This document shows positions 14,111-28,140 of a stretch of DNA of 64,000 nucleotides, piece after piece. Source of the DNA: Kudoa neothunni (taxonomy: Eukaryota; Animalia; Cnidaria); the NCBI GenBank assembly GCA_964304625.1, contig OZ199840.1, forward strand, positions 4,823,000 through 4,886,999, written 5' to 3'. The notes beneath the pieces are model-generated. The model did no database searches and was not told the origin of the DNA. It was given only the letters and a program-made list of their open reading frames with translations. Numbering within the stretch: position 1 is the first letter of the stretch; every line of letters starts with the position of its first letter. Made by a program: the position numbers and the translations under genes.

Positions 14111-16003
14111 CAAATATTTGTTCCATACTATGATTGTGATCATTTTCCCCGAAAATTTTATTCATATATACTGTACAAAAATTTAGGAAAATAGTGAGAA
14201 AAAATAGAGAAATTTTAAAGAATACACAAATACTAATGTTGGTTTTCATTACACTTCGGGGTAAAATTGACCCCAAGATAGTAGTTAATTGTGTCTTATA
14301 CATAAAAACTACTATTATCTCTAAGTAGATTCATCGTAGTATTTTGCTCATAATATTAGGAATATTATATCCAAGCGATCTTGTGGAGCTTGTGTGTATC
14401 GTTTAATGGTTAATATATCAAGTTCATTTCCAATTTATTATTTATGCGCATTGTTTCTAATAAAGAACTCCATTTTGACCTAATTATTTCCTGAAAACAA
14501 ACACAAGGCAAAAAATTTAATTTATTATCAAATTAATTTATTTTCATTTATATTTTTGTTAAAATAGACGGATTTCCCCTGTAATTTAATTTAAGTAAAA
14601 ATTTTATTCCCGCCTAAGAATAAATCCATTTTTAAGTCTCTTTTCTGAGAAAGTGTGCGTAGTTATCCTTATAAATGATAGGGGTTGAAAAACTAAAATG
14701 AATTGGGAAGAGTTGGTTTGATTTCGAAGTTAAACGATTTTCAGATCAACGAATATCATCGACCATGCCCGACAAATATGATGCTTAAATTGTTCCCACA
14801 AAACGTTCCCTATTTCTACGTATTATTAATAATTAAATAACATAAGTTAGTAACTAATTGATTTATTTATATAGTCATTATAAATCCAATAATTATTCTA
14901 TAGTAACAGTGAGTTTAATTTTTTTGGTGTGGATTACCTATTCAAAAACAATTGGATAAGACAGTCGAGAATAATTTCAAACAATTACAATTAAATAAAT
15001 GCTTTCATTGGTAACTAAAGCTAAAGCGACGGGTTGAATCGTTCAGATAATCGTAGCAATTTAAAGTATCGATCTGTCACACCCAATTATAAATTATAAT
15101 TGTACAGCTAATCAGTAGGTGTCATATCATTAATTGTAATAATTATAATAATGAATTTATTTAATTTTGTGGGATTATTTATTCTATAGACTCTGCAACC
15201 CCGAACAATAACTAGATTACAAATATTATCGCTCGAATGTTATTCCAAAAACGTTATTGCATTAGCCGCTAGGTTTAACAGCTTAAGGAATAAAATTAGC
15301 GACAAAACAATTAGCGGATAAAAATCCGAGTGCCAAATCAATGCGCATTAAACTAAACAAACATGCGTGCGCCGCCAGGTGAGAATGATTAGGGATACAC
15401 TGTCAGGTAAACTTTTCCCTCTAACCACTGAGTAACCCCTAAAATAATTAGGAAGTATTTTTGAACTACAGGAGAAAGATGAAAGCATCGATCCTTTTAT
15501 CGAAGTTTCAGACGTAGGATTACGTGGGTACGATTTAAGAAAAGCTGTTGCAGAATATACCGAGAAATTTTGTAAGCAATGAAACCACTTGCGATTCGTT
15601 ATTATGGATGACGTTGCGTTTTAGTGAAAGGGGAAAAATACAGCATATCCAAGTATGAAACACAAACTCTGTTGGATGCCGTTCAACAATCATATGGAAA
15701 ATAAACATTAATTTTTGTTGTTTACTGGTATTAGTGTTGATTTTTGTTTTTTGTCAGGTATAAGACGCGTGAACAATAAAATTTGATTAATCTATTATTG
15801 CCTTTATATAAATTGAAAAGCGCCAAATAAATCCCTAATTATTTGTGACAATCATTTGTGACAATGCCCGTATTCTCCCTATTATCTCCATACCTAAACC
15901 CACAATACAGTAATTCTATGTAATAAAAGAGTGTATTGTATCAACAAATAAAACTACATAATTTTAATTTATATTATTACTATTTCTGTGTGATACGGAT
16001 TAT

Positions 16004-17292
16004 TTAAATTGTGACATATTCCGGCATTTTGTAGTATTTCATCTGTTGCGTAATTTTTTCGGCTGCGGCGGATGCGTCAGTGTCTGGGCCAAAATAATCG
16101 ATAAATTTCCATAGAGGATTTAGTAGATAGATGAGAGTGGTGTGATCGACCTATTAGATTATTATTATCTTTATTATTAAAATTAGATTATTATTTTTAT
16201 TATTAACATTCGATTATTATTATTAAAATTAGATTATTATCTTTATTATTAACATTCGATTATTATTATTAAAATTAGATTATTATCTTTATTATTAACA
16301 TTCGATTATTATTATTAAAATTAGATTATTATCTTTATTATTAACATTCGATTATTATTATTATTAAAATTAGATTATTATTTGATTAGATAAAACAATA
16401 TTAAAATTAAATGACACTCACCAAATAGTCTTCCTCATCTCCACGTTTATGAGCGTCGAAATATACATGAAAATCAGAGGTAACCTGTTTGATTTCGTCG
16501 TTGGTGCCAGTTAGTCCTGCAAAATCAGGATGGAAATCCTGGAGATACTCTTTGATAGCTTCGGAATTATCCCGGGCTGGATCCACCGTAATAAAAACCA
16601 TTTTCACCGATTCTTCAGGCACCATCTCTTTTAATCGATTGTAGATTTCCACCATACGATCCATTGTGTCAGGACACACATCAGGGCAATGAGTGAATCC
16701 AAAATACAACATCACCCATTTGCCCAAAAAGTCCTTTTCTGTGACTCGATTTCCATTGGTGTCGACTAGGTCGATTCGGCCACCAATAGTCGAAAGATGT
16801 TTTTGTTTTCGAAGGAGTTGTTCTTTGGCTACGAGAAAAAGTTATTATCAAATAAAAAATTATCAATCGTTTTGTACATGATTTCAACTGTTCTTCTTTC
16901 CTACTAATATACATAAGCATTCCGATCGCGTAAACCATCATCACAAGAGCAGCCAAATTTGTGTATCCAAAATTAGCTTTTGAGTCCATTCGTCTGAAAC
17001 GTCTAAATAATTTGCTCTCTTCAGCCTCGATTTCGTCGACGCCGCTCTTGTCTATGTTTTCGATATTTTCATGCTTGTTAGAGGGATCGGTGGAGGTGTC
17101 TTGTTTTGGTTGTTTGGCGGGATTTTCGGAAGAGCACTGCCGTTTCTATAGCAACACATTATCCACAATGGCCAAACTCACAAATATCACATTAAGAGCT
17201 CGATAAAAAATGCGATTGTTTGAATTCAAACAAGTCAGATAATTTTGTAGAGTACATTTCGACAAAAAAACATGCCGGATTAAATTGTTCAT
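16004..17292 (-). CDS. SCO1: Cytochrome c oxidase copper chaperone SCO1/SCO2 (4 exons)
   Basis: N-terminal targeting-like segment, TM helix, GKWVMLYFGFTHCPDVCP (CxxxC), FITVDPARD, GLTGT, DYL|VDHT with the conserved His; all introns GT-AG. Confidence 0.95.
16153..16390. repeat. Intronic minisatellite, ~46-bp unit, ~4.5 copies
   Basis: Unit ATTAGATTATTATCTTTATTATTAACATTCGATTATTATTATTAAA repeated in the last SCO1 intron. Confidence 0.9.
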
Positions 17293-17479
17293 TTGCTTTT
17301 TTGTCGGTTCGTTAACCGAAGATTAACGGTGAAAATTTAAACAAAATTCCCGTGTGATAAACATTATTCACATCGTATGGAATCGAGCATACAAAATAAA
17401 AATTAATAAATTGTAATTTGATCAAATAATTTATCATTAATAAAATTTTAAAACTACAGATTTTATTTTAATGATAATT

Positions 17480-18477
17480 AGCCAATAGAAATACAAATGA
17501 AAGTTCCAAACATACGCATGCGTCATTAATAATTGCCTGAGAGAATTGAAAAATACAGAGATCTAAATGTACATTCGAACATGTAGTTTTTGTATAACTG
17601 TTAGATATTAATATGAATGTGAATTGTTGCAAATTTATTATAGATATTTTTTTATTTGTCAATTAGCTTATATTTTTGTACCTCTATTAAAATTACTTCG
17701 ACATAATAAATTAAATATAGCAGATTCTATGATTTCTTTTTATTGTTTTTAAAGGTAAAATTACAACAATAATAATTTTAAATCGCTCACTATCTCTATT
17801 CTTATCTATTTAAGTCCAATTTTTTATTTCTAGTCTGGAGATAATATACTTCTTAAAAATCGTTAGTTATAATGAATCAAAAAGTTTAAATGATTTAAGA
17901 TATTTGTATTCGTCATTATCATCAAATCAAAGTTATATTCATATGAATTACAGCCACTTTAAAACTTCAACTTGTGTTCAGAAACGATTTAGAATTTTAA
18001 ATCCCTAAAAAATACAATACAGATCAATTTTTAGTATATATATTTTTTACAGAAATAGATATATTATATAACTAAAAATAATGACAATAATGATCTTCAT
18101 TGGATAATACAAAACAATAAATTCTATAAAACTTTTGTTATAAATTTCCAAACTTTTCAAATATATATGAATATTTTTAAATAACGATAAATAAAAGTAA
18201 AATAACAAACTTTGGTGGAGTATATTGCGAATATGCAAAAAATAAATTGCATTGTTTTAAACTCAAATATATGTATAGTGTTCCAATTGATATTTTGCTG
18301 GTTAAATTTAACTTTTTAACAACTGAATATCTTTTTTATCAATAAAAAATTATGTAAATTTAAATAGTGATTTCAACTTAAAAACGATATTTATTTTCTT
18401 AAAATTCCTTATAAAATTTCATAAAAATGGTTATTAAATGTTATCTCGTATACCGGACATCCGGTACGATGGGATTA
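17480..18477 (-). mobile_element. Highly decayed piggyBac transposase relic
   Basis: Remnants resembling GFKI...SG..YNF and later ..IINDAC motifs; palindromic end CGTATACCGGACATCCGGTACGATGGGA-TTAA at ~18447-18478. Confidence 0.4.
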
Positions 18478-19289
18478 AGGATCGCCGTTCTTGACTTAAA
18501 TTGATTTTAATCGTCAAATTTTTAAAGAAGTTAATTTATTTTCCATAAATATTCTAAATATTTCAAACAAGTTGAAATGGGTCGACGTAGAGAGGATGGA
18601 AAACGAATTTGCCTGTAAATATTGCTAAGAGGAACCAGCTCCTAATCAAAATAAAATTTATCAGAAAATAAGTTCAAAGATGCATAATTCGTGAAAAATT
18701 CTTTCCAAGGCACTTCTCCGTCAGTTATTTTTATAGAGATAGAAAAATGGCAAAATTGAGGAAAATTTGTTCTCAACGTTCTTCCACTATTTTGATATAA
18801 AATGATTTTTTTCATCTAATTATCCAAAATATTGATTTAAATTAAATGTTTGGAACAACCTTGAAAAAATTCTATCCGGTAAATGTATTATTATTGCATG
18901 AATATCATATCTTAATCTACTTGGCGCATTCACCATAATTAATTTCAATGATGAGTTCAAATGATCTTGATAATAATTGTTCTGATACCGAGTCTTCAGA
19001 TTCACTTTCTTCGTTTCATGATTATTTAACGTCAGAAAAATTTGTTATTGATACAAATATACAATTTAATTTATTAATGAACAAGAACGGAATTTTACGG
19101 TCAATGAACCCCCCGCCGTTGGCATCTAGATTCTAGATTCTAGAACATGTGTTGCAAATATTATGAGTAGTCAGTAGTCATTCTTGTGTCTCTCTGCTTT
19201 TATTATAAAATACAACTGATATTTTCAGAATAATATTTAGTTTTGTTATGTACTACGCCATTATTTTAAAATATACCAGTACATGGGTG

Positions 19290-19480
19290 GGGAAATTTTT
19301 GGTGATAGAAGGATCGAATTGGATGGGTTCATTAGCTGCTTATTTCTGATGGGATATGACGGGGATAATCGAGAATCGGTTAAAGAGATATTTGGGTTAG
19401 AATAACGAAAGATATACCGTGATTTATTCTCATTACATAAATTTCTCAAAATAATGCGAGTTTCACATTTTGATGGTATA
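19290..19480 (+). mobile_element. piggyBac transposase fragment
   Basis: IELDGFISCLFLMGYDGDNRESVKEIFGLE*RKIYRDLFSLHKFLKIMRVSHFD matches the EL.AF.G...G...MS..RF..I...L.FD region of piggyBac transposases. Confidence 0.65.
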
Positions 19481-20068
19481 TAAAATATTAAGGTAACAAA
19501 ATCTAACAAATTAATCCGGAATTTTTTGTCATGTTAGTGAACTACGGCATGTTTTTGTGGATTTTTTAAGCGTCGTTTCCGTCCTAATTAACAAATGAAC
19601 ATCTCAAGCGTATCTATGTCACCTGTTCAGTAGTTTATGCAATAGTCTAAGATTATGATATTTTTATCATTTTAAGCGAAAATTAAATAAAGAATTAATT
19701 TCATTAAATGAGCTGAATTTTGAGTTATGTTTATAGTAAATATGCGTTCTCAAAAGTAACACACACACATACACATACGCCGTGTTTACAATATTTCTTT
19801 ATCGTTCGCACAAGCGCACACAATATTACATGATGTCATTTTTGAAATTACCGAATATACAATTGATCAAATATTTAAAAAACTTTTGAAAGTACATATT
19901 ATCATTTTTCCAAATATTTTACTCAATAAAAATCAAAAAATAAGAAGCTACTATAAAAAATACAAGGTGAAATAAAGGTGCGCAAATCGAAAGAAAAAGG
20001 ATGAACAATAACAAAGTGAGTAAAAACAAAATTTTTAGTTTACAAGCGTACCTATATCACTACTACAA

Positions 20069-23000
20069 CTAATCCAGATAGTCGATTGAATCATTGTTGC
20101 TGAAAATGGCAGGGAAAACATTTGTAATGAGTTGATCCAAATTACCTACTCTATCGGGTAGATATTTACCTACAAATTTTCTGAATTTTGTGACTTCCTA
20201 ACAACAAATAAATTTTAATCCCAACCAACCAGCGATTAAATACAATATAGGAGAATATATCGGGTTCATTTTCGAGCAGGTTGAACAAAGTATCCGCTGT
20301 TGGTTCAATCAAACTGGAGATATTGAGATTGGTCGCCACAAGGATATCTATTACATCAATAAAAAAATTGTTCATCAATTGTAAAATAAATACACGTGAC
20401 CATATTCCACGGGTTTTGGTGGTATTTTTTTATATAGTCGGACAACCTAAGAGAGATGTAGGTGCGGAATTTGGTGTCTTTAAGGTCGGAGATGGGCAGA
20501 TAGGACAGAACGTTGGTTTTGGTAGTGGAATCCAAACTATCGCCCAATTCCACAACTACATACAACATATAAATGAAATGGCCATCAAAAATTTATTCGC
20601 ATGATGTCAACTGAATTCTTACAATATTTGAGCATACGATACTCGTACCAAAACAGTTTAAAATGATTTGGTTGAATCGACATCATTTGTTGGTAGGTGT
20701 CAAACAATTTTTCCGGGTCACCTTAAACAAACAGATTAATCATATAAACAATAGCGGATTAAAAATAAAAAAGAGTTAATGAATAACACTCACAAAACAA
20801 GTTATTATCTCTGAATAAATTTAATTATGGGCCCACTTAAGAAATATTCATTAAAAATTAAACACACAAAAAAATCATTTAAAGTGAGTGTAAATAATAA
20901 AATTGATTAATTTCGAGGGACGCAAACAAGACTAAATAAATACCAACAGCTAGGTAGATTTCAAACAAGGTGGTTTGGGTTTTGAATTTGTGGTGGAAGT
21001 GTTGTTGAAGGAGAGTTGCATAGTGGTTGAGTTGGTCGAGAATGTGTTTCATATTGGATTCGTTGGTGTAGAATTCTTTCAGTTTATCGGGAGTATTATC
21101 GACATGCTTTTTGGGGCAGCAGAGAGAAGGTTTTTTGTTCGTTGGTTTTTGGTTGAAAGTGTCCCCACCATTTTGTCGATTTTCTTTCTTTAATTCCTTC
21201 AACTTTTTAAGGCGTTCTTGTTTCTTTTGTTTTGCAGCACTCAGTTGGTGGTTGTCGGTGGTGGCGTTATCGGTAGCAGCAGCCTGTTTATTATTTCCGT
21301 CACTAGTATTATTAGTATTATTAGCATTATTATTAGCATTATTAGCATTATTAGTGGCAGGAGGATTAGTCGCAGAGTTGCCGGAGTGAGGTGATGAGTC
21401 TGACTGGTGAACTCTGTGATAGATGCCAATAAGGGTCTTGGCGGCGGTTCTAACTAAATGCCAGTAGAATTTAGAGCATCGTAAAGAGGAGTCCTGCTGA
21501 AGGAGATCTTCATGGGCTTTCAACGAGAGATGCCGTATGCAATAATAGTGAAAATCCACCTTGTCATAGGTGAATTGATCAAAATGGCATTCGGCCAAAC
21601 GCACATGATAAAGCGCATCAAACAATTTGTTCTCTCTATAGAACAACGAAGCCTTGTGGATACGATACCATAAATTTTGAATCTCACGCATATAATCATC
21701 AATGGATTCGTTGTTTCTGGAGAATCGTTGCAAGTAACGATCAGCCAGCTGGTCATTGTTCACATAGAAAAAGTATTTCCCGGTGATTGAGTTGGTGTAA
21801 CGATCCGAGGGAACCAAATCGCAAACATACTTCATCACACGATTGGCACAATTGAAATTGTCCACCGATCTGTATATTTTAGCGACCAAAATGACAGCAT
21901 CATGCATTGATTTGTCCAATCGAAGACACTGTCTCAGATGACTCAAAGACTGATCCAAACTATCGATAAGCTTGAAATGTGAAGCCATATAATAGTGACA
22001 CCATTGAAGATGAGTGGATGAATTTTGGTGACGATCAATCATCGCAGTTAATTTCTCTTGGATAACATCGATTTTGCCGCCATCAACGTCACTGTCATAA
22101 ATATGCCGCAAAGTTGTGATTGCTTGAGGTATGTTCTTCTCGAGTGACGCGTTGAGATAGTCATCAATGATAGTTTCAAACTCCGCCAACGTGGCCAAAT
22201 TCATGTATCGTTGTTTCAACATTAGTGAATCGGGAATATATTCGATCAGCGATTTGTAAATGATTTTACGAGAGTGACGTTTGATCAACTCATTGTCAAT
22301 GTCGTAGTCGTCATCATCATCATCATCATCATCATCGAGAGGTGTGGAGATTGGTTTAGGTTCACCGTTGGTAGTAGGATCTAGTTGTTGAGATCCATCG
22401 TTAGTAGTGGCATCATTTGCAGGTTGAGAATGTGGAGACAGAGGATGAATCAGCTCGAAATTCTCCACATATTTGTCCGCATACTTTTCGTAATTGGGCA
22501 TTAACAATAACAACTGTAGATATTTCTCGGCTGCTCTATCGTACTTGTGATTGAGATGATAAGATCTAGCTATGAGCAATAGTAGGCTTTCTTTATCGAG
22601 GAATTTGTCGTCGTTCGTTTCCACCAATCGATCAATCTCATCAAATCTCCCCAACTGACACAACAATTCTCCTTTAAACAACAACAAATTGTTCAACTCC
22701 TGTGGATTCAACTGAGAATGGAATGTGGAATGGATTTTCTCCGCATTCTCCAACACTTCATAACCCTTTTGATAGTTTTTGCATAGATAACATCCGTATG
22801 CGTATCCGATAGTGTTGGTGATTTGATTGGGTTGTAATTGGTAGAGTTTCTCTCGAGTCTCCTACAACCAGCCTCAGCTACAAGTCACCAACCAATTTTG
22901 TTACCATATTTCCCAAATAGTCACCCTGGTGAAGTTGAAGGTTGCTTAAATCTCGTAAAATCTGGATGTTGGATGGATTGCGTTTGGTCGCTGTTCGAAA

Positions 23001-23501
23001 ACAGGCCAATGAAGAGGCGTAGTTTCGACGATCCCGTTCCACCAATCCCAATATATGCCAACCTACATACACACACACACAACCACATCTCATCTCATGC
23101 TGGAATATAATCAATAAAATCACTTACACATGTAACTGCTGAAATCTTTCGAGATCCCTTGTTTACACATGTGATATCCTTCATCCTGCTGGCCGGTACA
23201 ACTCAATAGAACTCCTTTCAATGCCATTGTTTCTAGTTGGAAAAACAACATTTCAATCTATTGGTGGATGTATTCGAGGAGAATTCACCTGCATGATTGG
23301 CCCCTTTCGGGGTGGATAAAATGGTATTACACATTTTGATTCCTTTTTTAAACTCTTTGGTTTCGTACGATTTCTACATTAGACGCCCGCATTCAACAAC
23401 AACAACAACAACAACCACAAATCAATGTGTACAATTACCAATGCTTTGCAAAACAGCAATTTTTCAGTTGGTTCCAAACTCTCTGTAATTCTATCGTTCA
23501 T
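20069..23501 (-). CDS. NAA15: N-alpha-acetyltransferase 15/16, NatA auxiliary subunit (~9 exons)
   Basis: LEPTEKLLFCKAL|KSYETKEFKKG, HAETMALKG, CWHILGL, NIQILRDLSNLQLH, DRYTNS, EIQNLWY, DKVDFHYYCIR motifs; phases consistent across GT-AG introns; poly-Asp and Asn-rich insertions. Confidence 0.93.
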
Positions 23502-25689
23502 GTTACTCGCTTCTAACCAACTCCTACCTACCACACAATACAACAATTGTATTGAAGATTAAACAACGCTGGTACATGTGGTAAACACTTAATAATATAA
23601 AAACAACACAGATCATTCGAATTGATCGATCAAATTTGATCCTTTGTGGTGGTAAAAATTCGGTGTAATTATTGTAGCTCGAAATTTACCTTGTTTATCT
23701 AGTTCAAGTGTACTTGTTCGGTTGTTCTATCTAATCGCAACTGTGTCGGTAATGCACTTTCTTTCGGAGTGATTCGGTGAATTAGTGCTAATGCAAATTT
23801 GACGTATTGTAACTTAACTGGTGTAACTATAAAGTCGATTCAATTTTTGAATTACGTTATTGGTTTCAGTGAGTTTTTTTGAGACCACTACATGGCAATA
23901 TTCAACCATATTTGGTGTCGCCGATGAATTCAGATTACTAATCCTTTCCGCCGAAGATTTGTTGGGTGCATTATTGCAAAATCCATCTTTACGATCCAAC
24001 CAATAAACACATTCTCTGATCGAACATGGGTTGATTCGATGTTTCCGTTACGTCGGCAATCTCTCCACCTCTTTAATTTAGGAAAATTGTTATTCTATTC
24101 CAATATAATTGGATGTATTTGTGTTAATTATTGTATTCGCATATTTTGCCGTTTAAATCATTTAAAATCCATTCAATTGCTTCGCTTTTATTAATTCTCG
24201 TTCAAATTATCAACAATACACACCTATTTCCATCACTCAATATTATGGTCATGATGTGTTAGAGCCGCTTTACAATCCATTTTTGGTTGGATGCGATCGC
24301 ATTGAGTCCTACAATCTAAGTCACTTTTAGTGTAGATTATCAGCCCACTGTTTCCTCACTCATTCTCCATTTAAATGTATTCAATAAGATTATTTACTTC
24401 CTTAATTATCTTTCGGTTTATGGTATATCTATCTGTGTTATCAAAATCTTTTTATCCATTGTTTCTTATGTTACATTTACAATGGTGCAATGATAGTTCA
24501 ATATGGCGTTATGTAATCCTTTCATCCCAAGCTCTCATCAATATACTTCCTTACTCTATGTAAACTTTATCGTACAAAAAAATTAATAATGATTTTCCTA
24601 TGTTGAATTCTTTATGTAATAAAACAATTTGGTGGGTCAATATGTAGTCAATTAATCCCTTCGTTCCTAACTCCTGTCTGTTTACTTCAATGCTTTTAAG
24701 CTTTACCATGGTAATTATTTTAAGGATTTTTCTTTATATAAAAAAACAATTTGGGGGTATGTGAGAGAGATCACGTTGAACAAACAACAAGTATATTTTC
24801 TATTTTAATACCAAATGTTTTATATTATCTATACAATGTAGAGAGATACAAATGGTTGAATGTTCGTATTATTATTTTAAATATTCTCAAATTTGCTGAG
24901 ATTAATGGATTAATCACTATTAATCTGAAAAATATGAGTATTGGTTGTAAAAATTGCGAAACTGTGTTTTATGGCGTAATCAAAAACAACTAAAAATACA
25001 AACAATTAATGACACTGAAAGAGGTAATGGGGAGTATTCGGTTTGTTTCACGCATTAAATCTTCCCGGTTTTACATGAATCAATTTAACACGATTTTTAA
25101 ATATGGTCACGAATACAAATTTTAAAAAATTCTTAGTTTTAACAATTTCATAAAAACACACGTTCGGGTGTCCTCGTTACACGAAGATTACAATACACAA
25201 GCTACATCTTTTACATTTTCACCAATTATTGGCTTGTAGAGTTCCACCATTGTTGTTTATTTATAGTACTAATATATATGTTTTCTATTTGAATCTTTTT
25301 AACTACTTTTAAGTCTATATCACGTGTAAATAATAGCGGTAATGTTATACCCCGTGACCCCAAAAATACATCATGATGAGGTTGATTTTTCACATAAAAA
25401 AGCAAATCTAAACTCCAATATTTTCCATGTTGCCATCGTTTTCTTGATTAATTAATTGTTTTATGGTTGTCTTGTAAAAATTGTAGAAACTATAATCGAC
25501 GATATTTTTAGTATAATTAGAGTATCTTGTTACAAGGGATAAAATGTGAAAATACGCATGATTGATAAAACCAGCCGAATAATTCAATTATAAAATATAA
25601 TACTAGCGTAGCTTCCAATTATACATCAATGAAATTGCTTATAAATAATATGTTTCATAATATTTCTCATAATTATGAAATGTATCTTT

Positions 25690-26663
25690 AATTTTCTCAA
25701 TTTTCAGAATATGATGTTTTCCAGATAAGATAGAATTTGGATTGCACATTCGATATTGTTGAATATTTTGTTCGGTATTACTATGAGTTTCTTTTAATAC
25801 CTCAATAAATATATGCAAACCGGCATATCGCTCTGATCGAATCGATTTTGAACAATTGATGAAGTTTTTTTCGAAATAGGTTATAAACGATGCTAAATTG
25901 GTATCAACGAACTTGTTTCTTTTATTTTTAGGTTTGATACACTCCTCATGGACATATTCTACTAGAACAAAGGCGAGAGATAGGAAACATTTGATATAAA
26001 TTTTGAAATCAACGTTTTCTTCATATAATTTCGTAAACCCTTCTTTTTGTATTCGTCTCCAAATGAATTGTCAAAAATGGAAAAGACATAATTTTATGGG
26101 TATTTATTTTGATGCTTTTTTAAAAGCATTGAACACTTGAAGCTCAAAATCCATTACTAAAAATTTGGGAAACTTCACTTTATTATCCTCGAGAATGGAC
26201 AAAACTTTGGTATACGTGGATTCTGTAATATTTGCCATTAATACATAAATAAGCGGAAAATCCTTGCCCAATATCTTCCCATGAATGATGTATAATTGTG
26301 GGAACTCTCTCGGCACTATTTTGAACGTGCCATCCGATATCCACACGTCCGCATTATTCAAATGTATCAGATTTGGGGGAGTAGAAAAAATGATGATACG
26401 CTCAAAATCCTTGGAACACGAATCGTATGGGATCAAATCTTCATTTCTTAATGATCTGATATTTAATTCACATAAATTGGATTCGTAGATAACATCAATG
26501 GAATTTTGTATATTTTTTTAGACTGAATTTTTTAAAATTATAATGAGATCATGAAGATCGACGGAATTTGAAGCCATGGAATAAATTTTGTTCAATTTGT
26601 AAGATATCATCCAATGGATAAGTCCTCAGTCTTCCTTTGCAGGTTCTCGATTGACATCTCCAA

Positions 26664-26699
<36 letters not shown>

Positions 26700-26830
26700 T
26701 TTACGGTTAGAATAACAATCCTTTACATAACAAAATCTGTTGAACATGATTTTTACCCCATTTTTTATGGTTTTAAATAGAAAATAATTTGGTCTATTAG
26801 AATTAGATTTAGCAGACACGTTGAGTTTTT
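25690..26830 (-). mobile_element. Decayed MULE (Mutator-like, FLYWCH) transposase
   Basis: YWRCQSRTCKGRLRT FLYWCH remnant; IIIFST...WISDGTFKIVPREFPQLYIIHG...FPLIYVLM...MDFE DDE core; stops and frameshifts. Confidence 0.85.
26665..26699. repeat. (ATTG)n microsatellite inside the MULE relic
   Basis: About eight tandem ATTG units. Confidence 0.9.
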
Positions 26831-28140
26831 GTAAGAGCGCATGCGCTCAAATTTACAAGCATGTTAAATCATTGATGAGTTGGGTGATCATGCCGCATTA
26901 ATATCAAAAAAAATTTTTAGATTTAATTTAGTCATTACTACCATTAAAAGTTTAATAAATATCACATTACTTTGATTTAAAAAAATGGGATTAATTGTCG
27001 GTCTTTTTGTAATCTCTGATCGGAAAATGCGACAATTATTCTACATTTTAATTCTGTTTTCAGATAGTTTAATCAATATATTTACAATAATCAAGTTACA
27101 ATTATAATTTTTTAAATATTTTAGGTATTATTTCAATCTTGTGACTTAATACATATCATTCTTGATATTTTTAAAAGTCTCAATTATAGAGGAAAATCAC
27201 TTCATTATATGAATTTTTAAATCATTTATCTTAAAGTGAGAGAGTGACAAAAACGAAAGAAAACTAGATAAAATGTTCTCGCGGATACATTGACGAATCA
27301 TGAAATAATTCAACATTTATTTGGGGAAATATTGTGCTTTCCTTGCAAAATTACTTAATTATACTTCCAAATATTTCTAACGTGACCAATGATGTTTATG
27401 TAACCAAATATATTCAGCTGAGTGATAATTTTAATTCAAATAATTGATTGTAAATGACGCAATATATACTAAAAATCACGTGACTCGTCGATTTTGCACA
27501 CCTAATTAGAAATCTGTTGAGCAATGTACTATTCTTCAAAAAAATTAAAAATATGACGAAAAAAGGTAAAAACGTATAAACATTTGAAAAAAAAATGAAA
27601 AATATAATTTTATAAAATATTTTGAAAAATACCAACTTATTAAATATAGCAACCCCAAATGACATTCTTCAAAAAATTAATTAAAGTTAGTATACTAGTT
27701 TAAAAAAGTTTAGATTATTTTCGAATATTGAAAGAAATGGAAATATTTGATAGGGTAAGTCAGTGTACTACACAATCCAATATAACTGATTTTTTCATAA
27801 ATAGAAACTAAGGATCACTTTCTTTCATAAAATTTTTATTCATTCGTACTTTTTGAACAAAACGGACGCCAATTTTTTTCATAACGGTTCGAAAAATGAG
27901 ATATTAATTATTATGTGTGTGCGCGATAAGTGTGCAAAATTAGTTGCCTACTTTATACAAAAAATTATATAATATGTATCTAGACAAGTTCAAACGATCA
28001 TATCAAATGAGAAAAATAAGATTTGATTAGAGGAAGATTGAATAGAGATGAAAGTGAGAAATTTTGGGCGTCAATTAGAGTAGCCCAGGAATCTCAATTG
28101 GTTTTTTAACTATCCCAAATTTATTTTCTGAATAATTCTC

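Noticed and set aside
14600-15700. Possible LTR-retrotransposon gag remnant
   Set aside because: No paired LTRs, PBS or pol motifs could be verified.
16153-16390. CRISPR-like repeat array
   Set aside because: No unique spacers; simple AT-rich minisatellite in a eukaryotic intron.
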